A program made the position numbers and the translations under genes. 64,000 nt of DNA from Paramecium tetraurelia (Eukaryota), in contig CT868662.1 of the NCBI GenBank assembly GCA_000165425.1, positions 268,013 to 332,012 on the forward strand, in the 5' to 3' direction. Under the pieces are notes generated by a model. The model saw only the letters and a program-made list of their open reading frames with translations. It ran no database searches and had not been told where the DNA came from. Shown piece after piece: positions 27,901-41,382 of the stretch; positions within the stretch are counted from its first letter, which is position 1, and the number at the start of each line of letters is the position of its first letter.

Positions 27901-28118
27901 CCATTGCTCCAACATCATAAATATACTAGATCTAGCCTTCAGCTCAACCAAATTTTAATAATTCTATCCTCATTTTCCAAAATCAGAGCTAATCTTAGAT
28001 TAGTGTTTTATAACCTAGTAGAAATGATATGTCATTATCATAAGATGAAAACTTACAATAATTAATGGATAAAGATTTTTGTTTTCACGATAATAATAAA
28101 GATGGAGATTTAATTTGA
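24906..28118 (+). CDS. TUBGCP3: Gamma-tubulin complex component 3 (Spc98/GCP3) with Q-rich tail
   Basis: DILFCLQGIEGQYIQY, ISECGWLY, KQYFLLGNGNF, GWDIFCLDY, FNYLWRIKRVEY (GRIP1/GRIP2). Confidence 0.9.
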
Positions 28119-28659
28119 ATAAAATATATATAAATAATTAATTAATCATAAATTTTATATCTATACTTTAGAAAAAAAGAATTCATTGTTGAGTTTTGGA
28201 TTAACAGAATTTCAGAGAACATTTAACAAGTCTTAAATATGCCAAAAAGAGTAAACCCTCATAATCAATGAAGTAAAAAGAAATCAAAGTTAATTAGAAT
28301 TCATCCCCTGTCTTAATCCCATACCAAATTCGTAATTGCAGTTAAGCCATCCTAAAATAGTAATCATCATTAAAAAGATAAAAATAACAACTATCAAAGA
28401 CATTTTAAAACAAATGAAAACCTAATGAAATCTTAATTTTTCATTATGCTTTTTATATTTTACATTTTTGTCACTATTGATGTTGACTCAACTAGACAAA
28501 TATTATTTACATTTAGAACATTTTATACTTGATTACAATTATGGATTGTTTCAAGGAAAGATTTTCATTTAGAGAAAAATAATTAAATAATTAAAATTTG
28601 TATTTATTTTTTTAATAAAGAGTTTTATTTAAGTTTATAGAAAATATCTTAATTTTTCT

Positions 28660-29902
28660 ATGTTTGACATCTTAGACTTAAAAAAATTGGGCATAAATTT
28701 AATAATTATAAATTCATAATTTCAAACCTTTCATTGTCCGGTTGGTCCATGCAATCCAATTATATTTAATTGTCTGGGAATCACTGTCTGAAATCAAATA
28801 GAAGATGAAAAATCTCTCAGCTTTAGTGCCTTTAATGTAATATTGGAATAGGATTTTGAGAATATTCCAGGATATGTAGAGTATGAATATGAGAAATTTT
28901 AATTCCGATTAACTGCTAATTAAAAGCAGCTATATAAATATTGTTAATATTAATAAAATTGATAGTAGTCTTATTTATTGAGTTAGAAATTGATATATTA
29001 AAGCTTTAGGAGATAGAGTTTATTATGAATTGCTATTTTGATTCACTTTAATTAATTATAAAGATTCGTCATAAATTATGCCTCTATATTAAATTGTATT
29101 ATTGATTCGTGTGGCAAATTAATTATATCAATGATTCAAGTTGATGAAAATCCTCAACCTTTAGATCTTACTCTTTATCAGGAGATCAATACTGAAAAGT
29201 ATGAGGATATTCAAATCAAAATATAAAAGCTCGAATCTACATTTTTCTAATGTTTAAGTTATAGTAGATAGCAGTAATTGAAACAAAATGAGAAACTACA
29301 ATCTGATAATTCACAACTCCAGGATAATGAACACAATACAAACAAAGACTCATTCCAATCCGAATAATTTGAAAAGTACATTGCTTAATACTTTGCCCAA
29401 CTTCGCTCATAATTTGGAAGTACAAAATCGATCAGTTTCATGACTTCTTAATAGTTAAACCTATTTTTCGAAGAAGCTTTGGAATAATTAAACAACAAAA
29501 CAAAGTTGTATTAGGACATTCTAAAACTTAAACTTTTATAAACTTCATAAGGTATTGATTCATTTCTATTCATTACAAGATTTATTTTCTAAAGTATACT
29601 CCACCAAAACAAACCTAATACTTAAGTAATGGTATTTACACAATTATTGTTATCCATACCCAAATTAGTTGGAAATCAAAAAATTAATCGGCAAAACACA
29701 ACTATCCAAGAAGAAGGTATTCATTATTTAATATTAAGATATTAAATTGGTTTATCAATGCTCGCAACAGCTTCAAAAGAAAAAAGCAAAAAAAATAAAA
29801 ATATAAAATATTAGTGCAAGAACACTATTATGCTTTATATAAGTCGAAAAAATAAAGCTAAAACTCTAATTAAGAATAATCAAATTAACAAATTTTTTTT
29901 GA
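28660..29902 (+). pseudogene. Degenerate hypothetical gene; 5' part interrupted by TGA, 3' ~290 codons open
   Basis: Frame from ATG 28660 has TGA at 28789, 28960, 29026, then stays open with a 22-nt intron near 29717. Confidence 0.4.
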
Positions 29903-30835
29903 AAATCAGTGACAAGTTTTTAATAAATATATAAAAATAACCAATAATAATAAGCATAATATTAACAATATTAATTATTTAATATTAAAATTTTATTTTT
30001 GTTTCAATTTGTTAGTCCTACATCTAATTCTTATCTGGTCGGCTAAGAATAGTTAATTTAATTTTGGTTGTAATTTTACAAATACCTTAAAGGCCTCCTA
30101 GGATAGAAAACTGTAAACTAAATATATTAATAAAAAAATGAGGTTAGTCAAAAGGCAAAATTATTTTACAAAGAAACTTATGGAGCTACAATCTTTAGAA
30201 TTCAAAAATTTTGAATTATAATTACCCATAATATTTGATTTGAAATAATAATTATTCTACATATATATTAAGAATATCAATTAATATGATCAATTACATT
30301 AGAACTAATTGATTTTTATTAATTATTGATTTGTAATTATTAAAATCCTTTGAGACTTTCGGTTATCTTTAATTATTATAATATCATTATCATTATTTTG
30401 TGTAATATTAAAGACTTCTGATGTAAGACATAACCATCAAAAGGGTATCTTATTTGAATATAATTTAAATATAGTATAACTCCTACTTCTGTTAAACAAT
30501 AATCGCTCAAAAAAGTTAAGAACTTTTAAATATCCAATTCACCAAATTCAGAGAAATGTTGTTCATTTAATTTCATTTTAGTGAATGAAGAATATAAAAA
30601 TTTCTTAAATTCTATAGAATTAATAATTTGAAGGAGGAAAAGGGATTTTAGAAATTATCTAATTTGTTATAAAAATGGTCGACATTAATTTAACTATAGA
30701 ATTGATTAAATTACAATTTGATAAATTAGGTGACATTTATAATAATATGATTTATTTGAAACCTAGAAAATAGAAAAATTGATAAATATAAATATCCAAT
30801 AATGAAATAGATTTTAGATATAGTACATCATGGAT

Positions 30836-32127
30836 TCAATATTATTTAAAAAATAACTTCCCTTTTCTCATCTCCAACTATTTATTCAAAGAAACTGATC
30901 TAACTTCTCTTGTTGTTTTAGGTGCTTCAACTTTGTAATTAGTAAGAAGATGATTGTTGTAAAGGCTTTCTTCATTATTATTAGGTATTGTAACTGAATG
31001 TTTAACATTTTATTCTAAGAATGTCTGGAGAGTTTTATCTTCTTTTATGGATTGTAATACTAAATTCACATGATTTGGAAATAGTTTCTAGTAGATAAAC
31101 ACTAATAGTTTTTCATTACTAACTACCAATTCCAATATTTTGATTTTATCTTCTTTATAGAACTATTGAAAATCCTGAATAGTATCTAAATAAGATTGAT
31201 ATTATTAGAAATTTCCTAAAGGTCTTTTTTTCTAAATTTCTCTCCTGACAGCATCAACACATTCTAAAAAACAATATTCAAGATCACTCCTTATTATGCT
31301 TTTCTTATTTTAAGATATTAACAGTTTGTTAACTTTCTCGTTTAGGATTTTGTTTTAATTTTAGTATTTTTATTCAATTATAGTCACATATCTATTATAA
31401 ATATTTTATCTACTTAGTGAATTTATTAACAATTTCCTCATATTTAAGGTTTTCTTAGTTTAATTCGTCAGGAGGAAACATTTCTTTAATTGAGGATTAA
31501 TGATGTTTAGATAATGATGAGGTCAGTTCGACTTTCGGCTAATATTCAGTTAACCTTCTTCGATGAGATTCTTAGATTTAATAAATAATGATACTTTGTT
31601 AATTAACAGGAGTATTTGTACAAAATATCTGATCTATCTAGAGATTTGGTAATAATTCTTTATCGATTTCTTATAATTTGACCTTTTTCATTAATGATTT
31701 GATTTATGATTCCAAGAAGTCAATTGTCTTTTATTGTTCTGTCAATTTGTATCTTAATTCATAGTTTTCCTTACTTTTCATTTCAACCTTTTGATATAAC
31801 TTCAGACATTCCTCTCTAAAATAAACCTAATTATTTAATCTTGATTACTAACTCATTGTCATTATTTGTGACATTTATTTTATTCTAATTTTAAATACTA
31901 CGTTGTTCTTCTGTTTTATTTCGTAATTCTTTTAATTCAGCTTTTATTTTTTTCATATGATTTTGATAAGCAATTACGAATTCAGCTTCATTCCTTAATT
32001 TAATCTTATTGACCAAATCAGTTAATTCATTCATATATTGTACTAATGATTGAAATGCTTCTGCTGCTTTAACTTGTTAAGAATTTTCGTTCTATTATTG
32101 TCTCTCTTTATATAAATCCAATTACAT
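30836..32127 (-). CDS. Hypothetical coiled-coil protein
   Basis: E/K/Q-rich heptad-like ORF, tiny introns, ATG 32127, TGA 30836. Confidence 0.75.
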
Positions 32128-32160
32128 AATTAATTAATAAAAAGGTTGTTAAAATATATA

Positions 32161-33437
32161 ATGCACAAAAGTCCTCTTCTTAAGGAAAACATAAGATTAA
32201 ACAATAACTAGAGATCTACTTACTCAAGTAAAAGCAAATAAAAAACGTCCTCTTTGGAGAAGAACTCAAATTCCAACAGATCCCTACTCAATGAAATTTA
32301 AAACTAGACTCCAAATTAGCCCAAGAAAGTCACATCTACTTAGCCGTCTGATCAAAAATTGCATAATTGTAATTCTTCATATAATACTCAGAAGGTTAAA
32401 TTCTGAAATCGCTTATGAAAATATAGAATAGAACCAACCCTATTTTAACTTAATAGAATTGCTATGCTGGCATAAAACTGAACTTTAATAATTACTTATG
32501 TAACATTATGTGCTATTAAAATTAGCAAATGAAGAAAAAAGAATAAATACAAATCAGTACAATTCGTTAAATCAAACAGTCCAACCATCTCCTAAAGCCA
32601 AAACCATCTCATTATCTACTTATACAGTAATATCACTCATTTATTATTAGAGTACTTAGAGTCCAGAAGTTAGAGAGAAAGAGATGAGATAAGAGAAAAT
32701 CACATCATTCAAATAGTTAATACAATAGACTAAGCAAAGTTTAGAAAATATGAAAATATCAGACATAAAACAATCCATAGATAAGATATTTGACAACACA
32801 ATTCAGCCTTTGCTTTAATTGAAAGTACTGGATTATTTTATTTTAATAGAATGAAGTGATTAAATAAATTGAGAAATGTTTAAATGCTGAGCAATATTAG
32901 ATCCGATCAACCATAGATTCATTAAAGAAAATGGAAGATGATATCTTGTCTAATGAGTTTAATATCATTGAATACATGACGATGGGACCATTCAATGAAA
33001 TAATGCAGATTTATTAGAAGAGATTTTAAGAACATTCATTTTTCACTTAATAATTAACTTAGCAAGAATTAGTTATACATTAGTTTTAAAAGTTGCATGA
33101 TAATTTTACATAACAAAACTAATTGTTATGTAAATAATTATCATAATCTTTTCAAACATATTTATCTTTATTTATTTCATTCTAGAATAAGGATGATTTT
33201 TATGAGTTGAAGGAAAATAACCACACTCAACCATCTGCTTTAAACAATAATTAATATACCCAAGAGAACTTGTTTTAGACTTGTGAAACAAACAATTCAA
33301 TTGATGAAGATTAAGTTATTATGAAGGATCAATAAGTTGTAAGAATTCCGGATAAGACATCCTAATTTACTTAGTTGCTCATGCTGAATAATTAAAAAAA
33401 ATTGCTTTTAGCAGAATCACCCCAATTCAAAAATTGA
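32161..33437 (+). CDS. Hypothetical protein
   Basis: ATG 32161 MHKSPLLKEN; introns near 32627 and 32825; TGA 33435. Confidence 0.72.
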
Positions 33438-33514
33438 TTATATATTTTAGTTTAATTTATTTAAAATAACAATATAATACTTTATAAAATTAAATTAATT
33501 CAATCTATAATGTA

Positions 33515-34717
33515 TCATGGTTTTGCAGTTAAATTTCTTAGTAGGTCATTAAATAAATTAGGTTTTTGAGGATACCAAATATTTATAAATTTATTCAAAT
33601 CTATACTAATTTTATTTTTATTTTTATTTTCATCCTTCATTAATTTGCTTTTATTTTTCTTTCTTTCAGATTTATGCTATACTAAATTTTGTACATCAGG
33701 TTTCTATTCTTCTTTGTTTATTTGAGTAATCAGCATAACCTTCTTCCTTGTAGGAGTGTTCCTAGAATGACTTGTGCTATCCTAATCAATTTCAATATTT
33801 AAATCTAAGGAGTTTCTCTAGCTAACCTTTCCCTTTTGTCCCTTTCTACCGTCATTCGATACTACTGACTATTTTCTATATGATAGAATCACGCTCTGAT
33901 CTAGTTAGACTCTCAAAACACTGAGGGGCAATATGGAAGGTAAGATCTATTTTACATCATTATTTATCTGATTTGATATCTAAATCTTTGTTTGTTTAAT
34001 CATGTGGAGAATATCTAACTCAATTTATGGATTAGCATTTTGCTTTAATAATTCAACTAAATTCTGGGTAGTTATTTCTGCTTAATTATTTAAATCATAA
34101 AAGAGAAAACAGACACGGATTTACTATTTTAAATCTAAATTTTCGATTTTTCTTATCAACGTGTAATATTAGTTAAAAGTTAGAATTTGAGGAATTTTCA
34201 AAACTTTTACTATTTATTCACATATGATGTCAGGATAATATCTTTATAAATATGTAGCTAGTTATTATTTATTTATTCTGATATTCCTAATTTATATTGA
34301 TTTACATCTAAACTTGTTATCAGATTCAACTTCAATTCTATTTATCTCTCCAAAGACATCAGCGAATTACTACGGCATTTCTTCCTTAGAATTGGATAAA
34401 ACTCCAACCATTTTCGAAGGACTTAGAGTATTTTTTCTTTCCTGACGTAATAAAAATGAGCTCAAAAGTTTAGAATTACTCCTTTCTGTATCTTCATCAC
34501 TAAACTTTTATTGCGAAATTTTCTCATTTTGACTTGTATTTGCAGCATTGCTTATTAATTTCTTATTTTAATCTTTACGTATGATTCTACTTACTATTTA
34601 AGTTCGTATTCTTAATTTATTCATAAGAGGAGCTTGAAGGATATATTACATCATTTTACCCAATAAATTGTGTTAATATGCTTTTTTTACAAAGACATCT
34701 AATTCATTATTTATCAT
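33515..34717 (-). CDS. Hypothetical protein
   Basis: Open frame under the ciliate code with tiny introns; TGA 33515; start approximate. Confidence 0.65.
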
Positions 34718-35041
34718 TTTAATACAATTTCATTATTAATTCGTTCTAATATATTGTCATAGTGAATATTCAAACATTATACTATGTGATTAATTAGATA
34801 AAATAACGGATGAAAATACCATATTATATTATTTTGTTTTTTATTCATTAATGAATTCAAGGAGGTTAGGCTTATGCTAAACTGTTTTTTTTATGATGAA
34901 AATATATTAACAATTAATCATATATCAACCAAATTTATTTTATAAACCCAATTTCAAAAATTAAGTAATTAATTTGTGTAATAATTGTATAAAATATTAA
35001 ATTTATAAAGACAAAGAGTATAAACGAAATCATAAACAAGC

Positions 35042-36795
35042 TCATTAGATAAAGATTTATTAATTAGAATGATCATTATGATTGCTATTAAAATACAATG
35101 ATCTCCTTTTGATTTCTTTTGACTTCTTAATTTTTACTGATGAAGATGAACTTTCAATATGTGTAAGTTTATGTGATTTTGATGTTAGTGAGGTATCATT
35201 TTTTTTGATCTTCCTCTTAATCATATTTTTAGTGATTGATTTTTTGTGTTTAAGATTACTTTTTGGAATGACAGTGTCCTCATTGTTTTCAAGGTTGCTT
35301 TTAAACATATTAAATTCAATAGGAATATTTTTAATTAAGTTTCGTTTTTCCTTCACAAGCATTTCAAAATATGATGATTGATAGATATCTTCTAAATCTC
35401 CGTTCAATTCCAAATATTGTCTCTTTAATTTATAAATAATTTCATTTCTTGAACATCTGATACAAGTACATAATCCCTAGATTGAATAACATTCATAATT
35501 ACTTTGCACAATGGACATATCCATAGAAATTGAGTAATTTCATATGAATCAAATTCATGCTTTAAACATTTTAAACAAAAGTATCTTTTACAATGAATCT
35601 ATTAATCTATGATATGTCATAAATTGAATGTACTTTCAATAATGTAATTTGTAGAATAAAGATCTAAAATATATTATTATTGAGACTTTGCATTTATTTA
35701 ATATCTCTAACACGTTAGCAAATCTTCATTGTATTCATGTAACCCCATCTAAAAATGATTATATGAACACTGTTTCAGATTTTTAACATCAACCATCAAT
35801 TTACAAAAGTGACACATTTGCATCTCGAATACATCCTACATAATTCAATTCATTTACATCAGATCTGAGTCCAGGTATTTATTCAGGAAATTCATAAGGC
35901 ACTTCTCTTAATCTTTGAAGATTTGCAAAATGCTCCAAGTTCAGATCAATTTAAATTTGACTCAAATATTTATCAAAGATCACAGTAATTGTGTTGTCTT
36001 TACATAAATATTTAATTATACTTTTTTCATTAAAGATAGCCTTACCAATGCTTTCAGCAACTTGATAATCTTCATGTAAAATAATTAAATCCTTCAATAT
36101 TTTTAGTTCTTCTTGATGATTTCTAACTCTGGATCTTGTTAATTTAATTGAATGGTTTTTAACGATCTGGGAAGAATAAGTGTAGAGCAGATTATTATTG
36201 ATTTCTTGGACATGTTATTCAAGTCTAATGATATGAAATTGAGATAATACTGTTGCAGGGAATTAGAATTATCAAGTTGTTCAAGTTAATATTCTAGTTA
36301 TTATATTTGTTTGCTTAATTCATCCTTTGAATCTATCACGTGATGTAGATTAGTCAAGATTTAATTTTCTTATTGATAAATTAGTTATTGTTGTTATTCT
36401 GATTTTTAGGACATATTTTTAATGAGATCTTCAGTCTGCTATAGTCCTTCAATAAGCTGATCATAACAAATTTGGTCTATCATTTCATCAATTAAATTTT
36501 AAATGGGTTCTTAATGATGTTTTCTTTGTTGTAAAAGTAATGAAAGTCTTTATTTTAGGTTGATGAAATTGTATTAAGATAATTTAGATCTGTTGTTCTG
36601 TTTCAGAATTTTATCTAATAATTTATGACAATTTAAGTTTACATAATAAGAAACTATTTTATGAATAAATTGTTTACATTTCTTTTTGAAGTGACTAATG
36701 TCAGAGGTGTTAATAAGAGAGTGAACCAAGAAAAATTACTCATTGATTTCTCTCCAAAAATTACAAGTGAAAATTGATTCTCCATTTCTATCCAT
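35042..36795 (-). CDS. Protein with zf-4CXXC_R1 (CDCA7/JPO-type) zinc finger
   Basis: After removing tiny introns: MCHFCK..QC..(insert)..HCKRYFCLKCLKHEF..LWICPLCKGLCTCIRCSR. Confidence 0.82.
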
Positions 36796-36857
36796 TTTTA
36801 CAATATAAATATTAACTTTAGAAAGAATTATTAATCTATAAATTAAAAATCATATTT

Positions 36858-37242
36858 ATGTAATAAAATTGTATATCAATTTCGATTTACAGTCCATTAT
36901 CGTTTGTTTTTCAAACTCTCTCTCCCCTTTTCTGCATTTACGATTATCTAATCTCTCCAATCACATCTAACTTCCTTAAGAATCAAACCAAAAATTGTTG
37001 ATAAGCAAAGAAAATGATTTCTTCACATTCCTTCACATTCTCAAGTAAACTAATTATAATTTATACTTCTAAGAGGAGACCAACACCACTCAAGAGTTGA
37101 GATCGCTGATTTATTGAAATATTGCTTAGGAAATTTAAATGAATTAATAGAAGTACAAACTATGTTCAAGTAACAACTCAGAAATAGTTTAGAGATGAAT
37201 AGAAATAATAGAGTGTTTTATCCATTAATTTATTATTTATGA
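36858..37242 (+). pseudogene. Small ORF (~120 aa) with one in-frame TGA
   Basis: ATG 36858, 22-nt intron 36871-36892, TGA 37015 (DKQRK*FLHIP), terminal TGA 37240. Confidence 0.4.
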
Positions 37243-37499
37243 TGTTGAAATAAATAATAGGAAGGAAACAAGAAAATGATAATTAGAAGTGCAAAATCAA
37301 ATATAATAAAATAGGTATTCATAATAAAACGAATATAAAATCTAACAAAAATAAAGATTTGGCTAAAGTTGCTTACTTGATTTTAAGGATTAATTTATAT
37401 AGATAAGTTTGTTTCCATATTTGTCAATTTTGTTGTTTAGTTGAATTTAAAGTAATAAGAATGTTATTATAATTATATAAATATTAATATTAATATCAT

Positions 37500-38627
37500 A
37501 TGCAACTCTTAAAAGTTTGTAAAAGATTCTGCTCGATCTTATAGAATGTGCCTAAAGAGCTTGTAGATTTGAAACATGTTAACTTTTTGAAGGTTAAGAC
37601 AGCCTACCTTGAATAACTAAAGGACTAATATATTTTGAGTTTAGAGTTTACAAAGAGTCCAAATGAAGCAGACGATGCTATGAATATTACGAATAATGTT
37701 GAACTCTAGATCGACCCAGAATTAACTGTGAAGGAATTCGTTGAGAATTGTCAAGAATATGTACAGTTCACATTACTATTTAGTTAAAAGATAATGTTAC
37801 TTTGTATTCAATTGACAAAGTGCCATTAGCAGGTGTGAATACAATGGAACAAGTGATAAAAGAACCTTTCTATTTATTGACAAATAATCAGCATCTATTT
37901 TTTGTTAAACAATTATCAGGTTATGATAAGGACGATTATTCTTATATGTAAATGAATAATTAAATTTAAGTAAATCGTATTTCACTCGTAAACATGTACC
38001 AATGTTGGAGAAGAATATTCTTATTTAATACTTGGTTAGAATGGATTATGTGTTATAGTAAAATTTCAAGACAACATTTTTCAAAAACTACTCTTCATCT
38101 CAATAGAAGATAGAATATAATGATTTAGTAAAGGTGATTCTTGATTCTTATACCAACATGAGGAACACTTAATCAGATCATGAGACTGACATGTACAGTC
38201 AATATTTCGAGTTGAAACAAGCAAAAGAAGTATTGGAGGAGAAAAGAAAGGAAATTATGGAGGCTGCAGTTAAATTTGCAAAGATCTAGATGTTTGGTGG
38301 ATTTCTTGTATTGTGTGGTCACTTCTGTTTCATGGGTGCTGGTATATATGTGTACTACAATTGGGATGTGATGGAACCTATAGGTTATTTCCTGAATACA
38401 GGTGGAATGATCTATTTATCCTATCAATATTTCAAGTAAATTTTGTATATAGTTATAGGTTGAATGATGAATGGTCACATAGCAAGTTCTCAAATTATTT
38501 GATCAATAAGAACTTTGTTAGGTTGAGTAGATCCAATAATTTTGACATTGAAAAGTTGAATTAAATCAATAAACAAATTTAAGAAATCTAGGATAGAATC
38601 AAAACAAATATCATTACAAATTTATGA
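37500..38627 (+). CDS. MCU: Mitochondrial calcium uniporter
   Basis: Coiled coil + TM1-YNWDVMEPIGYF-TM2 (DIME-type motif); mitochondrial-type N-terminus. Confidence 0.92.
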
Positions 38628-38656
38628 TCATATATCCAAAAAATAAATAATTAATA

Positions 38657-40768
38657 TCACGATTCTACTAAATCCTTTAATGTATAATGTTTCACGATTT
38701 AATTTGATTGTTGATCTTGTTGTTATCTTTTATTTGAGTATTATTAAATAAGCGCACTTTTGATACGAATATTTTCTTTAGTTTTATTAGGTTGATTATT
38801 AACAATATTATTAACATTGTTAATTACAGTATTTTAACCCCCATTAGTATTTGGATACTTGATGTAAGGTTCCTGCTATAAAGGTATATCCTAATGCATA
38901 GATGGTTAAGTAGAATTGGGATTCAAATCTAAGATAGTGAATTTTTTGACATCTTTGACAGATTAATTTTACTGAACAGGAATTAATTTAGCCCTGCAGG
39001 AAATATTAGCAATTGATGATCCCCTTGCTTATGCTGACAACGGTCTGATCTGCACATTTGACTTATAAGTATTTTATGGTTTAGAGTGTTTAATTTCAAG
39101 TTTGAATTTCGGTCCTTATTCTATAGAAAATGAATTCTTCCTCTCTTCCTAAAATTATTTGTCATCAATGTCTTGAATGTAGAGTTCAACATGATTAGAC
39201 TGAATCTTCAAGACCTATTATTATTGCTGTTATTGAGTATGTTTGTATTCTTATTATTCTAATTACTTTAACCTTTCCTATTCCTATTGTTCTTTTAATT
39301 ATCTCTCCTTCTCCAATTTCTACATTTTCTCTCTTTCAAGTCTCTCTTACCTCTCCAATCTATCTTATTTCTCCTTCTCCAATCGTTCCTATCTCTCCTT
39401 ATCCATTCTCTCTTACCGCTCTCTGTCTATCCTCTCCCTTTCAAGTCTTTCCTTCTCTAATTTCTCCTGTTGATCCTTCAATAACTGCTGGTATTGTTGG
39501 GCTCTTGATATCTGCTCATTTTCTATCTACTTCTGGGTTACATCAACGACATCTCCCATGTAGATGGTATCAGACCCATTACTAATTAAGTCTTGCTGTT
39601 GCGGTTTCCTGGTTTTCTTCATCTTCTCAGTTTCCTAGGCTTGCATTGCATACGATTTGGGATTTGAGGTTTACGGCCTTTATTATTAGTGCTATTGATA
39701 TTACATCTAAGGCAATGCTTCATCAAGTTGTCTATGTTATTAATAAAATCTACTATGAAATTCTCTATGGCTGACTCCTCTATTGGAAATATATTGTATT
39801 GACTTCTGATATGCTGGGTCTCAAGGCTGGGATCTTCTCAAGGAGTTTCCAAATGAACTGGCTTAGTCCTTTCATAATTTACTAAAACATATTGTACTTG
39901 TCGAGTACTGAGGAGGCAATGCTTTAGGTGCTCTATTAACTATACTATATCCCAAGGCAATCAAATTTTCACCCTAAAAGGGAGGCTCCAAGGCTGCCAT
40001 GTAAAATACCACACATCCCAAGGCCCAGATATCAACCTTATAATCGTAGGGCTAATGCTAAACAAGCTCTGGGGACAGATACAAGGGAGTGCCCACTCGA
40101 GTGCCTTGGAGTGCAGTGTCTGAATTGAATATTTTGGATACTCCCAGATCTCCCAATTTCACATGTTTATCCTTTGTTAGAAAGACGTTGAGTGTTTTAA
40201 TATCCCTGTGAATGATGTTGTTTTCATGCAGATGCTACAATGCAGAACTAAGTTCCCTGCTCATCTCCCAAATGGTTTCCTCTTACATAAATTTCCTTCT
40301 CTCCTTATAATCTTTTAGCAACTAAATAGGTTATTCATGACTACTTTCTAAAGGTCTCCTCCTTCGGCATACTCCATGATGATGCAAAGATTGTCCTGCT
40401 CAATAAAACTCATATAGTATGTTATGACATTTGGATGTTTCAGTTTCCTCAGAAGTTATGCCTCTTTGAGTGCCTCAGCTTTTAATATGAAACACACATA
40501 CCTTGATGCTTCGGCTTCAGATGAGTCAGATTGATCTTCTTGAGAACATAGATGTTCCCATCCATACTAGATTTCACCTTATAAACCACTCCATAGGAAC
40601 CCTTTCCCAATTCATTCAAAATTGTAAATTAGGAAAGATTGCTACCGATTAATTAATATTAACGACCTAGATTCTAACAACTAAATTACTATCTAAATCA
40701 TGAAGCTATTGTATTTCCCTTTAATCAATGGTTTTTGGAACCTTCGCTGTGGTTGGTCTTTATTTCAT
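38657..40768 (-). CDS. NIMA-related (NEK) kinase with E/R/Q-rich coiled-coil tail
   Basis: LGKGSYGVV, HRDIKTLNVFL, GDLGVSK, GTPLYLSPE, KVDIWALG; charged repeat at 39240-39480. Confidence 0.95.
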
Positions 40769-41382
40769 TATATATTTATTTATATATTATATTTCAAACC
40801 TCCATTCTTCACTTTCTCATCACTCTCAATAAACCAATTATATCTAAATTTAATTTCATATTAAAACATTCTCCTCTCACTCCTTTTATTTAATATTCAA
40901 CTTGCTGCCACTAATTCATTCAAACAAGTTCAACTTTTCTCACACATTTAACACTTAACTTTAATTAATGACGAATATCATCATGACAAAAATAGAATCA
41001 TAAAAGCACTTCAATTCCAAATAAAACAAATATAAATATAACCAAATTAATCATTCTAATTGAAATACTTAATCCACTTAAAATATAACCATTAAATTTA
41101 TATGTTAATCTAATTGTTAGTTATGATTCTTGATATGTAATATGTTATTTATTTTATTTTCTGTATCTTGATAACTCTAATATCTAATACCTAAAACAAT
41201 ATCATCTACTAATAATGATTGTTTGTCTTATATTTTAATAATAATATGATGTTGTATGTATCTAATGATATGTAAAATTAAGATAATAGTGAAAAATAAT
41301 GTCCGATTATGTTTAAAGAGATATTAAATAATACGCAAACTTATAGAGTAAGATATTTAAATTCATTTTTATAAATTGTTCA

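Noticed and set aside
35082..35381. Plus-strand hydrophobic 99-aa ORF in the supplied track (and similar short ORFs such as 2566-2787, 52420-52605, 60310-60495)
   Set aside because: Antisense or off-frame shadows of Lys-rich real genes, produced by using the wrong genetic code.
39243..39473. Plus-strand Ser/Leu/Tyr-rich ORF in the supplied track
   Set aside because: Antisense shadow of the E/R/Q coiled-coil of the NEK kinase.
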